The notes beneath the pieces were generated by a model that had not been told where the DNA came from, ran no database searches, and saw only the letters and a program-made list of their open reading frames with translations. From the NCBI GenBank assembly GCA_938004185.1, contig CALKWN010000065.1, positions 90,371-154,370 of the forward strand: a stretch of 64,000 nucleotides of DNA, given 5' to 3'. The stretch comes from an uncultured candidate division WWE3 bacterium. GTDB taxonomy: Bacteria > Patescibacteriota > WWE3 > UBA101185 > UBA10185. The position numbers and the translations under genes were made by a program. Positions 47,380 through 57,047 of the stretch are shown in pieces. Numbering within the stretch: the first letter of the stretch is position 1; each line of letters starts with the position of its first letter.

Positions 47380-47413
47380 CCGTGCGCGTATGCCAGTTCC
47401 GCCACTCGCCCAT
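47380..47413 (-). repeat. 34-nt duplicate of the tRNA-Leu(TAG) 5-prime half (positions 1-31 plus 3 nt upstream)
   Basis: ccgtgcgcgtatgccagttccgccactcgcccatg matches exactly, located 76 bp on the 5-prime side of the intact gene. Confidence 0.75.
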
Positions 47414-47520
47414 GCAACTACCCCCTCACTCAAGCGCTAACATATTATACCAACAGAACACTCAACTTCTAGCAAAAAGAAAGGGCGGTTATTAAACCGC
47501 CCTTCCCCACTAATATTCAA

Positions 47521-48093
47521 TTAAATTTGTCCTTCCAGCGTTTCCATTTCACTGTAGAAGAAGTTAACACCTTTCAACCAGTTAACGTGGTTAGGAGGGG
47601 TATAGATCGGCGCAATCTCTTCCGGAGTATCGTACCCCTTAGAAGCATATTTTTCAGCCAATCCTTTACCTACCGTCTCAATTGCTTCGTCAAACGATTC
47701 AAAAGAGATGTAAGAATTACTATGTATTCCCCACCCAAAAGGGTTGTATGACCCGGGAATTATCCGCTTACCGCAGGTGGATTCCATGCAGGATATCGCA
47801 GGCAGCAAACGATAATCTAACCCGTATTTGTCGGCAACTTCAATAAACTTCTTAACATTAGGTTTTAAGGGAGATCCGAGGTCTTCAAAAAAAGCCTCGA
47901 GCACCTTTTCCCTATCTATCTGCTTATAATCAACAGTTACCGTTTCCAAAGCCGCTTCGGGTGCTTCCAAAGAAGCTAATACCCTACTTCGATCTTCGGC
48001 TCTGGCAGAAGTCATTCCCCCCAGTACCGCTACAGCGTAAACTAGCGCAGAAAAGACTATGACCGTCGGTCTAAACCGAGGTTTTTTCTGCAT
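47521..48093 (-). CDS. secreted glucosaminidase-like (FlgJ-type) peptidoglycan hydrolase candidate
   Basis: N-terminal signal/TM. ISCMESTCGKRIIPGSYNPFGWGI resembles the glucosaminidase E-S-x-x-G ... N-x-F-G pattern. Confidence 0.4.
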   Translation of the reverse strand: MQKKPRFRPTVIVFSALVYAVAVLGGMTSARAEDRSRVLASLEAPEAALETVTVDYKQIDREKVLEAFFEDLGSPLKPNVKKFIEVADKYGLDYRLLPAISCMESTCGKRIIPGSYNPFGWGIHSNSYISFESFDEAIETVGKGLAEKYASKGYDTPEEIAPIYTPPNHVNWLKGVNFFYSEMETLEGQI

Positions 48094-48166
48094 ACAAGGG
48101 AGTATTGTACCATACTCAGATCAGTAGTCAAATACTATAGGATTAAATTAAGGGGAGGGGGAGTTT

Positions 48167-48970
48167 CTACTTTGTTTGATAATTCTCAAAAATATCCCTG
48201 AAATACATAACGTCCGCACACCAGGAGCCGTCTGACGGCGGTGTGTAGACCTTCATGATTTCACACGGATCTTCAATGCCGAAAGAGTAGAAGTTATTCC
48301 AGAAATACTTGGATACGGTTTCTATACCGCGGGCGAAGTTTTCAAAAGAATGTTTATTGTCTCCGTAAACTCCCCAGCCCCAAGCATTATAAGTTTCTGC
48401 CCCGTCAATTTTCGGAGTGTTTTTTCCGCAGCTGGATTCTTTAAATGCAACGGAGGCCACAAGCCACCATGGTATGCCGTACTTATCCGCTTCTTCTACA
48501 AATTTACCGCCGAGACCCTCGAGGGGGCAGCTGTATCTGGCAAATACGCCGTCTATTTTATCCGCTCGCGAGTCCTTAGTGTTTATTTGTGAAACCGCAT
48601 AATTGTAGGTTAAAGGTTTGGATGAAAAGATATTGTATCCGTGATTTTCGTAAGGTTCTATTTTAGCAGGAACTACTGCACCGAAAGATGCAACTCCGGT
48701 AAATAAAAAAAGTGCAACCGCGACACCCATTACTGCGTATTTTTGCACCGGCATTGCGTTATAAGTTTCTAAAATTTTTGTTTCTAAATACTTAATATAA
48801 TTTTTCTTTTGAGTTTCGCCACTGATGTTGTAAATGACTGTGGGTTCATCCATTAAAGAACTTATCGGGTCAAACGTTTTTTCTTTTGAATATGTGAACG
48901 CAATTGAAGAAACGCTCTGAGGTTTTAGTGACTTTCCTTCTCTTTTAAAAAATTTGGGGTAGCTGCTCAT
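48167..48970 (-). CDS. paralog of 47521..48093 with N-terminal extension and TM anchor
   Basis: Shared motifs: KESSCGKNTP...NAWGWGVYGDNKHSFENFARGIETVSKYF versus MESTCGKRII...NPFGWGIHSNSYISFESFDEAIETVGKGL. Confidence 0.4.
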   Translation of the reverse strand: MSSYPKFFKREGKSLKPQSVSSIAFTYSKEKTFDPISSLMDEPTVIYNISGETQKKNYIKYLETKILETYNAMPVQKYAVMGVAVALFLFTGVASFGAVVPAKIEPYENHGYNIFSSKPLTYNYAVSQINTKDSRADKIDGVFARYSCPLEGLGGKFVEEADKYGIPWWLVASVAFKESSCGKNTPKIDGAETYNAWGWGVYGDNKHSFENFARGIETVSKYFWNNFYSFGIEDPCEIMKVYTPPSDGSWCADVMYFRDIFENYQTK

Positions 48971-49080
48971 ATATCCGTCCCAAAAAGGATAGCATAAATA
49001 ATTTTACATGTACAAAGTTTTTTCTAACTTAATTAGAATATTTTTCGCTTACTGTAAAAGGCTTGAAATCGGGGTAAAAC

Positions 49081-50031
49081 TTAAATTGTCCTATCCAATA
49101 TTTTTGAAAAATACGAAATAGTTTCTTTAAGTCCGGTATCCAAATTTATTTTAGGTTCCCAATCAAGTTTTTCTTTTGCTAGCGTAATATCCGGTTTTCT
49201 TTGCATAGGATCGTCTTGTGGTAAAGGCTTGTATATAAGTTCTGATTTAGAACCTGTTTGTTGAATAACTTTTTCTGCCAATTCAAGCATTGTAAATTCA
49301 CCGGGATTTCCGATATTTACAGGTCCCGTCAAATCTTCGGAGTTCATTAGTCTATACATGCCTTCAATAAGATCCGAAACATAACAGAAAGATCTTGTTT
49401 GTTTGCCGTCACCGTAAATTTGTATCGGCTCGTTTTTTAGAGCCTGCAAAATAAAATTCGACACTACTCTACCGTCATTCTGGGCCATGCGCGGACCGTA
49501 GGTATTAAAAATACGCATCACTTTTATATCTATTTTGTGTTGTCTGTGATAATCAAAAAATAATGTTTCGGCTACCCGTTTTCCTTCGTCATAACATGCG
49601 CGCGGACCGATTGTATTTACATTTCCTCTGTAGGTTTCTTTTTGAGGGTGTTCCAACGGATCTCCGTAAACTTCGGAAGTTGATGCCTGGAGAATTCTGG
49701 CTTTGTGTTTTTTTGCCATTCCCAACATGTTTATAACACCTATCGTGTTAGCTTTAATTGTTCTTACGGGATTGTATTGATAGTGAATAGGCGAAGCCGG
49801 ACAGGCCAAATTGTATATTTGATCTATTATTGTATCGTCAATGTATAGCGGATCTATGATGTCATGGTTTATAAATTTAAAGTTCGGGTTATCTAGTAAG
49901 TGCTCAATGTTTTTTTTATCGCCTGTAAATAAATTATCGACGCAAATTAGTTTCTCATTTTTATTTATTAAATAATCGCAGAGGTGGCTTCCTAAAAAAC
50001 CTGCTCCCCCAGTTACTAGTATTGTTTTCAT
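49081..50031 (-). CDS. NAD-dependent sugar-nucleotide epimerase/dehydratase (UDP-glucuronate decarboxylase, UXS-like)
   Basis: [15 protein letters not shown] Rossmann motif, YxxxK-type catalytic region. 316 aa. Confidence 0.75.
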   Translation of the reverse strand: MKTILVTGGAGFLGSHLCDYLINKNEKLICVDNLFTGDKKNIEHLLDNPNFKFINHDIIDPLYIDDTIIDQIYNLACPASPIHYQYNPVRTIKANTIGVINMLGMAKKHKARILQASTSEVYGDPLEHPQKETYRGNVNTIGPRACYDEGKRVAETLFFDYHRQHKIDIKVMRIFNTYGPRMAQNDGRVVSNFILQALKNEPIQIYGDGKQTRSFCYVSDLIEGMYRLMNSEDLTGPVNIGNPGEFTMLELAEKVIQQTGSKSELIYKPLPQDDPMQRKPDITLAKEKLDWEPKINLDTGLKETISYFSKILDRTI

Positions 50032-50035
50032 ACGC

Positions 50036-50584
50036 TTATAGTATCACGGCGTCTTTATTATCGGTAAAGGACAGTTCGTGAATAATTTTATAATCCGTAC
50101 CTTCTTTGTGCTGTAAGGACTCAAACATTATCACTCCCTCGGGAATAAATTCCCAGTTTAGTTCTATATCGGGTAGCTGTAACTCTGAAGATACTTTACG
50201 TGCAATTGTTATGTGCATTTGAAAGTCTCTTTTTTCTTTTGGTCTGTTTAGTTTTTCATGAAGTTTATTTGTGAGTCCGATAAGTGAGTCGTGCGCACTT
50301 CCTTCAGCTCTAAGAAAAGCCCCTCTTTTTACATGCGTAATTTTTTCAAATCTTAAAGGCTCGGTCGGCGATGATATTTGAAGTTTTTTGAAAAGTGTTA
50401 AATCTTTATTAAAATCTTCGGGTTTCCACGGAGGAACCAGCGTGATGTGCAGATTTTCAGGAGGCACCCATTTTATCGGAAGGTACGAGAACTCGGTTTT
50501 TAGCTCCTTAACATTTTGCTTTATGAAGTTTGGGACTGATAGGCCAAGAAAAATTCTTTTGGTCATACATGAAGTATAATTCAA
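50036..50584 (-). CDS. 2H phosphoesterase (LigT/ThpR-like RNA 2',3'-cyclic phosphodiesterase)
   Basis: Two HxT/S motifs (LHITLV and MHITIA). Confidence 0.7.
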   Translation of the reverse strand: MNYTSCMTKRIFLGLSVPNFIKQNVKELKTEFSYLPIKWVPPENLHITLVPPWKPEDFNKDLTLFKKLQISSPTEPLRFEKITHVKRGAFLRAEGSAHDSLIGLTNKLHEKLNRPKEKRDFQMHITIARKVSSELQLPDIELNWEFIPEGVIMFESLQHKEGTDYKIIHELSFTDNKDAVIL

Positions 50585-50587
50585 ATT

Positions 50588-51190
50588 ATGAATATTTTCG
50601 CTATCGTAGGGCCTTCGGGGGTCGGAAAGTCACTTTTGGTCAGTGAGCTGGTTAAGGAAGATTTTTACTCTATTCCTGTTTTCACAGATCGGGCAAAAAG
50701 ACCGGGAGAAAAAAAAGTAGTTGATAGAGAGTACTTGACAGTAGAAGAATTTGATAAATTTTTAGAAAAATTTATTTATTGGTTTGAGTTTCAGGGACAC
50801 AGGTACGGTTATAAAAAATCCGATATTGAAAAGTGTAAGAGGAAAAATTTAAACGCATGTCTCAATATCACTCCCACTCACCTACCCTATCTAATAAACA
50901 AGTTGCCGGAACTGATAACAATTTATTTACGTGTTTTACCCGATAATTATGATTTACTTTTCAAGCGTATGGTTAAAAGAGACATTTCATCAGAGGATTC
51001 TGAGTCAGCCAAAGAGGATAAAATCGACAAGATTAAATCAAGATTAAATCATGCTTTATCTGAAGAGGATAATTTTGGTTCTCTCGAGTTATTATTAAAG
51101 CAGAACAAATTGAGTAGAGTTTTTAATATTACCGGAGACGGCGAGCTGTTTGATGAAGTTTTGCCATACATTTCTTCTGTCTGTGCCTGA
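50588..51190 (+). CDS. guanylate kinase-like P-loop kinase (divergent)
   Basis: IVGPSGVGKSLL Walker A. FTDRAKRPGEKKVVDREYLTVEEFDKF parallels the Gmk SxTTR..GE..G.dYhFv..eeF pattern. Confidence 0.5.
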   Translation: MNIFAIVGPSGVGKSLLVSELVKEDFYSIPVFTDRAKRPGEKKVVDREYLTVEEFDKFLEKFIYWFEFQGHRYGYKKSDIEKCKRKNLNACLNITPTHLPYLINKLPELITIYLRVLPDNYDLLFKRMVKRDISSEDSESAKEDKIDKIKSRLNHALSEEDNFGSLELLLKQNKLSRVFNITGDGELFDEVLPYISSVCA

Positions 51191-51243
51191 ATCTACAGCG
51201 TTCCCGTGCTATAATACCCAAAATATTAAATAAGGAGGAGTAA

Positions 51244-52164
51244 ATGTTTAGTTTTATCACCAAATTGGCCATGTTTAGGGCTGATGCTATGTTAAAAGAC
51301 CTAACGGATGGTCGCAACGTGTTGCACGAAGGTGAGGGGTCCGGTTCTTTGGTCAATGACCGAGAATTAAAAGCTGATACCGAAATCGGTCAAGCCGTTT
51401 CAAAAGTATTCTTAGAAGATTCACGATTCAAGTATGCTGTTGTTGAGGGAGGAACGCCAAATTGCGTGTTTAACTTCAAAGCAAAAGATAGTTACGTAGT
51501 TGGAATTGACCCAATAGACGGATCTCTTGCTTACGAAAAAGCCCGGCTTACAGCAGGTGCTCCATACTCGTTGGTTGTCACAATCGCCAGAGCAAGAAAC
51601 GGTGAAGACATTTTGTTTAAAGATATCGTCGCCTCCCTTGTATACGATTTCCGTGTAAATGGATATTGGATAAGACAGCCAAACAAAGACGGAACTGTAG
51701 GTCACACGATGGTGCGCAGCAGCTTAAGGGGAATGTTAAAAAAAGCTATTCCCGATAAGTCCAAGACTGTTGATTTAGGTAAGCAATTCGTTGTTTTCGA
51801 AAGCTATTATCCGCAAACGCGTGATATTGCTTTTAAGGCTTTCGAGGGCGAAAAAGGCTACCTCAGGAGCTTTTGCTCAGCGGCTTGGGAAATGGCCATG
51901 GTTTCATCGGGAGACTTTTCGGCGCAATTTTGCTTATCGCAGAAAAACCATGAGTTGGGAGCAGCATACAACCTGGTTACCGGTGCAGGAGGCAGTGTTA
52001 TTAACGCAATGTCGGGTGAATCTATTGCCGATGAAGTATGGATGAAATGGACAGGAAAGCTCGGGAAGCAATACGACTGGAATATTCAAACCCCGGTTAT
52101 TGTGGCTTGTAACGAAGCTTACGGAAAGGAAGTGTACAAGAAGATTAAGCCTTATGTAGGTTAA
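51244..52164 (+). CDS. inositol monophosphatase/FBPase-superfamily protein
   Basis: VVGIDPIDGSLAY matches the IMPase DPIDGT motif. A later GAGG segment is present. Confidence 0.4.
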   Translation: MFSFITKLAMFRADAMLKDLTDGRNVLHEGEGSGSLVNDRELKADTEIGQAVSKVFLEDSRFKYAVVEGGTPNCVFNFKAKDSYVVGIDPIDGSLAYEKARLTAGAPYSLVVTIARARNGEDILFKDIVASLVYDFRVNGYWIRQPNKDGTVGHTMVRSSLRGMLKKAIPDKSKTVDLGKQFVVFESYYPQTRDIAFKAFEGEKGYLRSFCSAAWEMAMVSSGDFSAQFCLSQKNHELGAAYNLVTGAGGSVINAMSGESIADEVWMKWTGKLGKQYDWNIQTPVIVACNEAYGKEVYKKIKPYVG

Positions 52165-52196
52165 TCGCAAAAAACCCAAAGTGTTTTTTAAACATT

Positions 52197-53735
52197 TTGG
52201 GTTTATTTTTAGACTTTTATATGTTATTGATCTATCATTTTCTCAACGTTATGGTTGTTAAAAAAACAAAATATATCGCAGAAATTTTTTTATTCGCTTT
52301 TGTTACTTTGATATTTTTATATAAGCTTGATTATCACTATTTTTTTACGGATGAAATTCTTTATGTTCAACGCGGGATTGAGCAAATTGATGGAACATTT
52401 GATGATACTTTACAGGTACCTCCTTTAGTCAAATACATAGCAGGTGCAGTTGCCGTATTATTTAATGAAAATATTTACCTAATGAGATTTGTTTTTGCTT
52501 TAGCCGGTATAGCTAGTGCAGCAATCTTATACTTAATAGTAAAACGCGAGTTCGGCAAAAGCTTAGGGATTTTAGCTGTTTTGACATATTGTACAAGTCG
52601 GATAATTTTTGATTCTTCACGCATGGTTATGCTAGAGCCTTTTATGCACCTTTTTTGGCTCGGTTTTCATTATTTTTACTATCAAACCTTTACAAATAAC
52701 AAAACGAAGCTTTACATATATTCGGGGATACTTATAGGACTGGCCTTAACAGTTAAAGTAACTTCTCTGCTGTTACTACTTTTCATATCGCTCGGTTTCA
52801 TTTACAAAACTATCAACAGAACAGATTCATTTAAAAGTCTTTTTAAGAATTATTTAATAATGGGTGTTTTTTCCGGCGCTGTTGTTGCACTTACATACCT
52901 GCACATGTTTGTTAAAAAAGGTTTCATGTTGTCGGTAGTAGAGACATTGAAATCTATAAGAAATGTTTATATGGACAAAAGTTCTGAAGGAAAAACTCAT
53001 GTCATAGGCAATGTTGTATATGAGAAGTCTCCCTGGTGGGCATACTTCTACTACCACTTTGATCTGAACGGTTTAGCTAGAAGTATCGTCTATCCCGTAT
53101 TTTTAATTGTCGCGTTAGTTAAAAGAAATTTTTTTGTTACTTACTGGTTTGTTTTCCTAGTAATTACTTTTATGTTTCATCAATTCTCAGGAGTTAAAAA
53201 TGTCCGGTACTTTTCTAGCGTTGAACTGTCTTTAATAATTTTATTTATCGCAGGATTTTATAGATTTTGTTCCTTTATAAAAAGTAAAAACAAGATTCTT
53301 ATTGCCAAAATAACTTTGTTAGTTATTTTGATGCTCCCTTTTGTGTGTTACCTGAAAAATCTTAAACCTACAGAATATCTTGGTCTATACATTTACTTTA
53401 AAGAAGAAACAGCCGATTTCACAAAATATAAAAGACTCTACGTTTTCGGGTCGGTAAGAAGTATGAAATGGTACAGAGATATGGTTCCCGACAAAAATAT
53501 GTTTATTTACAGACGTGACTACGAAATAATGTGCTCTGAATTCGGCAATTTCGATTACTTTGCTTTCGACAGACAAGAACTTATGAAGGATCCGGATAAT
53601 CTGCTATATAAATTTGTAAAAGACAATTCATATAGTTTTGAAAAAGTTAATGATGTTTCGGATATGGATGTATACAAAAAGGTAACCCCAATTGAACAGG
53701 AGTTTGAGTGCCCGGTGCTGGAGGTTTACAAGTAA
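52197..53735 (+). CDS. polytopic membrane glycosyltransferase candidate (GT-C fold, PMT/ArnT-like)
   Basis: About 12 TM helices. An early loop carries the acidic motif FTDEILY. 512 aa. Confidence 0.4.
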   Translation: MGLFLDFYMLLIYHFLNVMVVKKTKYIAEIFLFAFVTLIFLYKLDYHYFFTDEILYVQRGIEQIDGTFDDTLQVPPLVKYIAGAVAVLFNENIYLMRFVFALAGIASAAILYLIVKREFGKSLGILAVLTYCTSRIIFDSSRMVMLEPFMHLFWLGFHYFYYQTFTNNKTKLYIYSGILIGLALTVKVTSLLLLLFISLGFIYKTINRTDSFKSLFKNYLIMGVFSGAVVALTYLHMFVKKGFMLSVVETLKSIRNVYMDKSSEGKTHVIGNVVYEKSPWWAYFYYHFDLNGLARSIVYPVFLIVALVKRNFFVTYWFVFLVITFMFHQFSGVKNVRYFSSVELSLIILFIAGFYRFCSFIKSKNKILIAKITLLVILMLPFVCYLKNLKPTEYLGLYIYFKEETADFTKYKRLYVFGSVRSMKWYRDMVPDKNMFIYRRDYEIMCSEFGNFDYFAFDRQELMKDPDNLLYKFVKDNSYSFEKVNDVSDMDVYKKVTPIEQEFECPVLEVYK

Positions 53736-53749
53736 CTCGCACCTTTTAG

Positions 53750-54028
53750 TTAAAGCATACTTCTTACCGTAAGCACGTCTTCCGCCCATCTCAACCTATC
53801 TTTATCGGTTTGTAGCTCATGAATCCTTTTTGTCAGTTGTTTAAGCTTTATTCTTAAATCTTTCTCGTGTTTTACCAGTTCGATTTTGTCAAAATCCTTA
53901 TCAGCGTGGTCTAAAAATGTTTTTACAGAATCGTAGGGAATATCTTTAGAAATATCGCCGGTTGCAGTAACAACTCTGTATAAATCCATTTTTATTGAGT
54001 CGATCACAAATTTTTTGTCTCTGTTCAT
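53750..54028 (-). CDS. hypothetical small coiled-coil protein
   Basis: 92-aa ORF. 4-nt overlap with the upstream small ORF. Confidence 0.3.
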   Translation of the reverse strand: MNRDKKFVIDSIKMDLYRVVTATGDISKDIPYDSVKTFLDHADKDFDKIELVKHEKDLRIKLKQLTKRIHELQTDKDRLRWAEDVLTVRSML

Positions 54029-54357
54029 TTTTCCAGATATTCCTTAGTGAGTTTATAAAGCTTATCTCTAATTTGATTATCTGAAATTTCATAAGTGTAT
54101 TTGTTTAGAGCAGGTTTATAGTTACTCATAGCCATGTACTCGACTTCTTTGGTGCTTATCCTATAACCCCCTCCATATAGATTTTCCAATTTCGACCCCT
54201 GTCTTATTAATTCTTCTTCACAGTCTATGTGATACTCTCCGCCAACCGCGATAATATTTTTTTCTATATCTACGACCGTTTTTATGTAATCTCCGTAGAC
54301 TTCTCTAGCCAACTTAAATTCTTCGGGGGTAATTTTTCTATCCAATACGATAATCAT
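54025..54357 (-). CDS. hypothetical small protein
   Basis: 110-aa ORF. Confidence 0.3.
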   Translation of the reverse strand: MIIVLDRKITPEEFKLAREVYGDYIKTVVDIEKNIIAVGGEYHIDCEEELIRQGSKLENLYGGGYRISTKEVEYMAMSNYKPALNKYTYEISDNQIRDKLYKLTKEYLEK

Positions 54358-54420
54358 AGGTTGATTTTATCACAGGGTTTTGTGAAAAGTTTTGGAGGTC
54401 AATATTGCCAAGAACTTTCA

Positions 54421-54497
54421 TGGTCGGGGTGGGCGGACTCGAACCGCCGGCCTCACGGTCCCAAACCGCGCACTCTAGCCAACTGAGCTACACCCCG
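54421..54497 (-). tRNA. tRNA-Pro (anticodon TGG), CCA encoded
   Basis: Manual fold: CGGGGTG acceptor, CGCGG-TTTGGGA-CCGTG anticodon arm, GGCGG-TTCGAGT-CCGCC T-arm. Confidence 0.85.
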
Positions 54498-54576
54498 AAA
54501 AAAACATATAACACCAATACATTACCAATGCTCATGTTACACTAACGGGTTTCCAGCCACAAACTTATGCGTAAGC

Positions 54577-55845
54577 TTAAATTTCAGGCAAAAACTCCGA
54601 CATCACGCCGTCAAAAGGCAATGATTCATAAATCAATCTGCTGTTATTAATCAAATCAATAACATGCACTTTAATAGTGTACTCGCAACTCTCGTTTAAC
54701 TCGCAGATAGGTGCCGATTCGTCTTTTTTATCTATATTTCTGGAAAACTCCGAAATAACAAAAACGTCATTGTCCAAAAAATAAGCGCGGTCAAAGTAAC
54801 AGTTAGCCCTTACTGAGCAGTCGAGTATTCTCGCGTCGATAATTTTGTCCTCTTTTAATCCGTAAAAATGGACTTCGTTGGATTTATATCCGTTTCGGTC
54901 TATGTTCCTGTAATCGATAAACTCTCTGGAACTGGGAGAAAAAACAACTTTGGGTGCGTCCTTAACAGCTTCTACTGTATTGTTGTAAATATCTCTCATT
55001 CCCTCTTGATCAATTGAATAAACACTCATCCACTTTGTGTTGTAAATTTCATTTTCTTCAAGAAGTCTGAACTCATCCGCCTCAATTTCAAACCCTTTAT
55101 TCTTAAGATTAGTAATCCACCTTTGAAATCCGCTACTCTGCTCAACCTTCGAAGGTAATTTGGAGCGGTCTATGCTTCTCTGCTCTCTTACATTTAACAC
55201 AAGCCCGGTAGCTACAGCGACAAATAAAAGAGCTGCAGCTAAAATATTTGCGTATTTTTTCATAAATCGATTATATCCCACATGTTCTTTAGTTGATAAT
55301 GAAACCGCGCCGGTTCTCAAAATATTCACTTCATCGTTTGTGCAATCAATCAGCGTTGAAGGTTCCGATACAACTTTCCCTGAATCAATGTAGAGGTCAA
55401 TTTTTGTTCCGAAATAGTTTTTGGCCTCTTCAATTGTTTCAGCAGGTTTTGCGCCCGAAGGATTAGCTGAAGTGCTTATAAGAGGGCCGGTTTTATCAAG
55501 TATTTCCAGAAGGTTTTTGTCGTCCGGAATACGGAAAGCAAGCGTGTTATCTTTTTCGGAATCGCGTACCTTAAAAATGCAGGTTAACTTTCCGGGCCAG
55601 AATTTTGAGATAAGTTCATGAGCCCGTTTAGAAATTATGGGACCGAAGGTTTTTAGTTGTTGGGCGTCCTTTACAAGAATAATAAAAGGTTTGGTGTCGT
55701 CGCGTCCCTTAATTTCTGAAATTCTTTTTGTCGCGGAGGAATTACCGGCTTTCGTGTGTATTCCGTACAAGGTATCTGATTTGAAAATACAGATTTTATT
55801 ATTGTTAAGGACAGTTATTATTTCTTCCTGATCCCGTTTATTCAT
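54577..55845 (-). CDS. YrdC/Sua5-domain (threonylcarbamoyl-AMP synthase-like) protein fused to a TM helix and a ~200-aa C-terminal extracytoplasmic domain
   Basis: N-terminal KICIFKSDTLYGIHTKAG...ISEIKGRDDTKPFIILV matches the YrdC fold motifs. TM at ANILAAALLFVAVATGLVL. C-terminal domain has no recognisable motif. 8-nt overlap with the upstream permease gene. Confidence 0.55.
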   Translation of the reverse strand: MNKRDQEEIITVLNNNKICIFKSDTLYGIHTKAGNSSATKRISEIKGRDDTKPFIILVKDAQQLKTFGPIISKRAHELISKFWPGKLTCIFKVRDSEKDNTLAFRIPDDKNLLEILDKTGPLISTSANPSGAKPAETIEEAKNYFGTKIDLYIDSGKVVSEPSTLIDCTNDEVNILRTGAVSLSTKEHVGYNRFMKKYANILAAALLFVAVATGLVLNVREQRSIDRSKLPSKVEQSSGFQRWITNLKNKGFEIEADEFRLLEENEIYNTKWMSVYSIDQEGMRDIYNNTVEAVKDAPKVVFSPSSREFIDYRNIDRNGYKSNEVHFYGLKEDKIIDARILDCSVRANCYFDRAYFLDNDVFVISEFSRNIDKKDESAPICELNESCEYTIKVHVIDLINNSRLIYESLPFDGVMSEFLPEI

Positions 55846-57019
55846 ATCTCAGTGCCACAATAGGGTCTTTCTTCGCGGCTTTAATTGCGGGGTAGGTTCC
55901 AAAGCCGACGCCGACAAGAAATGAAAATCCAAGTGAAAGAAAACACGCCCATAATGGGATTTCTACAGGCAACCATCTCTGTCCTACCAGTGTAGCCAAC
56001 CATGCCGCCGTGAGCCCTATTACGCCACCTGTAATGCTTATAAAAATGGATTCCGAGAGGAACTGGAGTGCAATGTCTTTACCTGTGGCTCCCAGGGCCT
56101 TTACCAGGCCGATCTCACGGGTGCGCTCGGTGACTGATACCAGCATAATGTTCATAATTCCGATTCCGCCCACTATAAGTGAAATTGCGGCTATAGCAGC
56201 CAGGCCGGTTTCAATTATTCCTAAAATACCGTTTATTGTTTCAAGCAGGTCTGCCTGAGTGGAGACCGAGAAATCTTCGTCTTTTAAGTCTTTGAGAAGC
56301 GATAATCTTGTTAGGTTTTTAACATCGTCCACATTTTCGCCTGGCTTTGCTCTTAATACTATGGTTCCGATATTTTTCATGTTCAGTTCGGATTCTATTG
56401 TCGTGTAGGGAATATAAATTATATTGTCGTAGTTGGCACTTTTCGTTTTTAGTGTGCCTATAACCATGTAAGTCGTTCCGTCCATTCTGATTTTTTCGCC
56501 AATCGGGTTGCGCGAGTTGAAAAGTTCTTCTACGACATCAGAACCGATTACGGCTACTCTGGCTTTAGTGCTAATTTCGGTGTTTGTAAAAGATTGTCCC
56601 GAGTCTATTTCAAGAAAGAATAAATCAAGCAGGCTGTCGTTTATTCCGCCGATAACCGCGTAGTAAGATTTTGTTTTGTACTCTACTTTTTTAGAGAGTT
56701 CGTACCACGGAGTAATGTGTTCAATTTTGTCTCCAACATCTGCTTCTATCATTTCTACGTGCTTTTTTTGTAGTTTATTTCCAGTAAAGTTCCTTGAAGG
56801 GTCGCCCGTTAAAGAAATTTTTCCAGGCATTATAAAAAGTAGGTTTGACCCCAACGAGTCGAATTCGTCCTGAACATAATTTTGAAATCCTCTTACTATT
56901 GAAACAAGCGATGCTACGGCAAATACCCCTATAATTACCCCAAGCATTGTTAAAAAGCTTCTTACTTTGTTTTTTTGTAGTGATATGAAAGCAGTTTTTA
57001 TTGTTTCCTGTATTTTCAC
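55838..57019 (-). CDS. FtsX/MacB-family ABC transporter permease
   Basis: N-terminal TM, large periplasmic loop, and C-terminal 3-TM bundle with the VTERTREIGLVKALGA motif. Confidence 0.7.
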   Translation of the reverse strand: MKIQETIKTAFISLQKNKVRSFLTMLGVIIGVFAVASLVSIVRGFQNYVQDEFDSLGSNLLFIMPGKISLTGDPSRNFTGNKLQKKHVEMIEADVGDKIEHITPWYELSKKVEYKTKSYYAVIGGINDSLLDLFFLEIDSGQSFTNTEISTKARVAVIGSDVVEELFNSRNPIGEKIRMDGTTYMVIGTLKTKSANYDNIIYIPYTTIESELNMKNIGTIVLRAKPGENVDDVKNLTRLSLLKDLKDEDFSVSTQADLLETINGILGIIETGLAAIAAISLIVGGIGIMNIMLVSVTERTREIGLVKALGATGKDIALQFLSESIFISITGGVIGLTAAWLATLVGQRWLPVEIPLWACFLSLGFSFLVGVGFGTYPAIKAAKKDPIVALRYE

Positions 57020-57047
57020 GATATTAGTTTAGCATTTTTAGGTGTTT

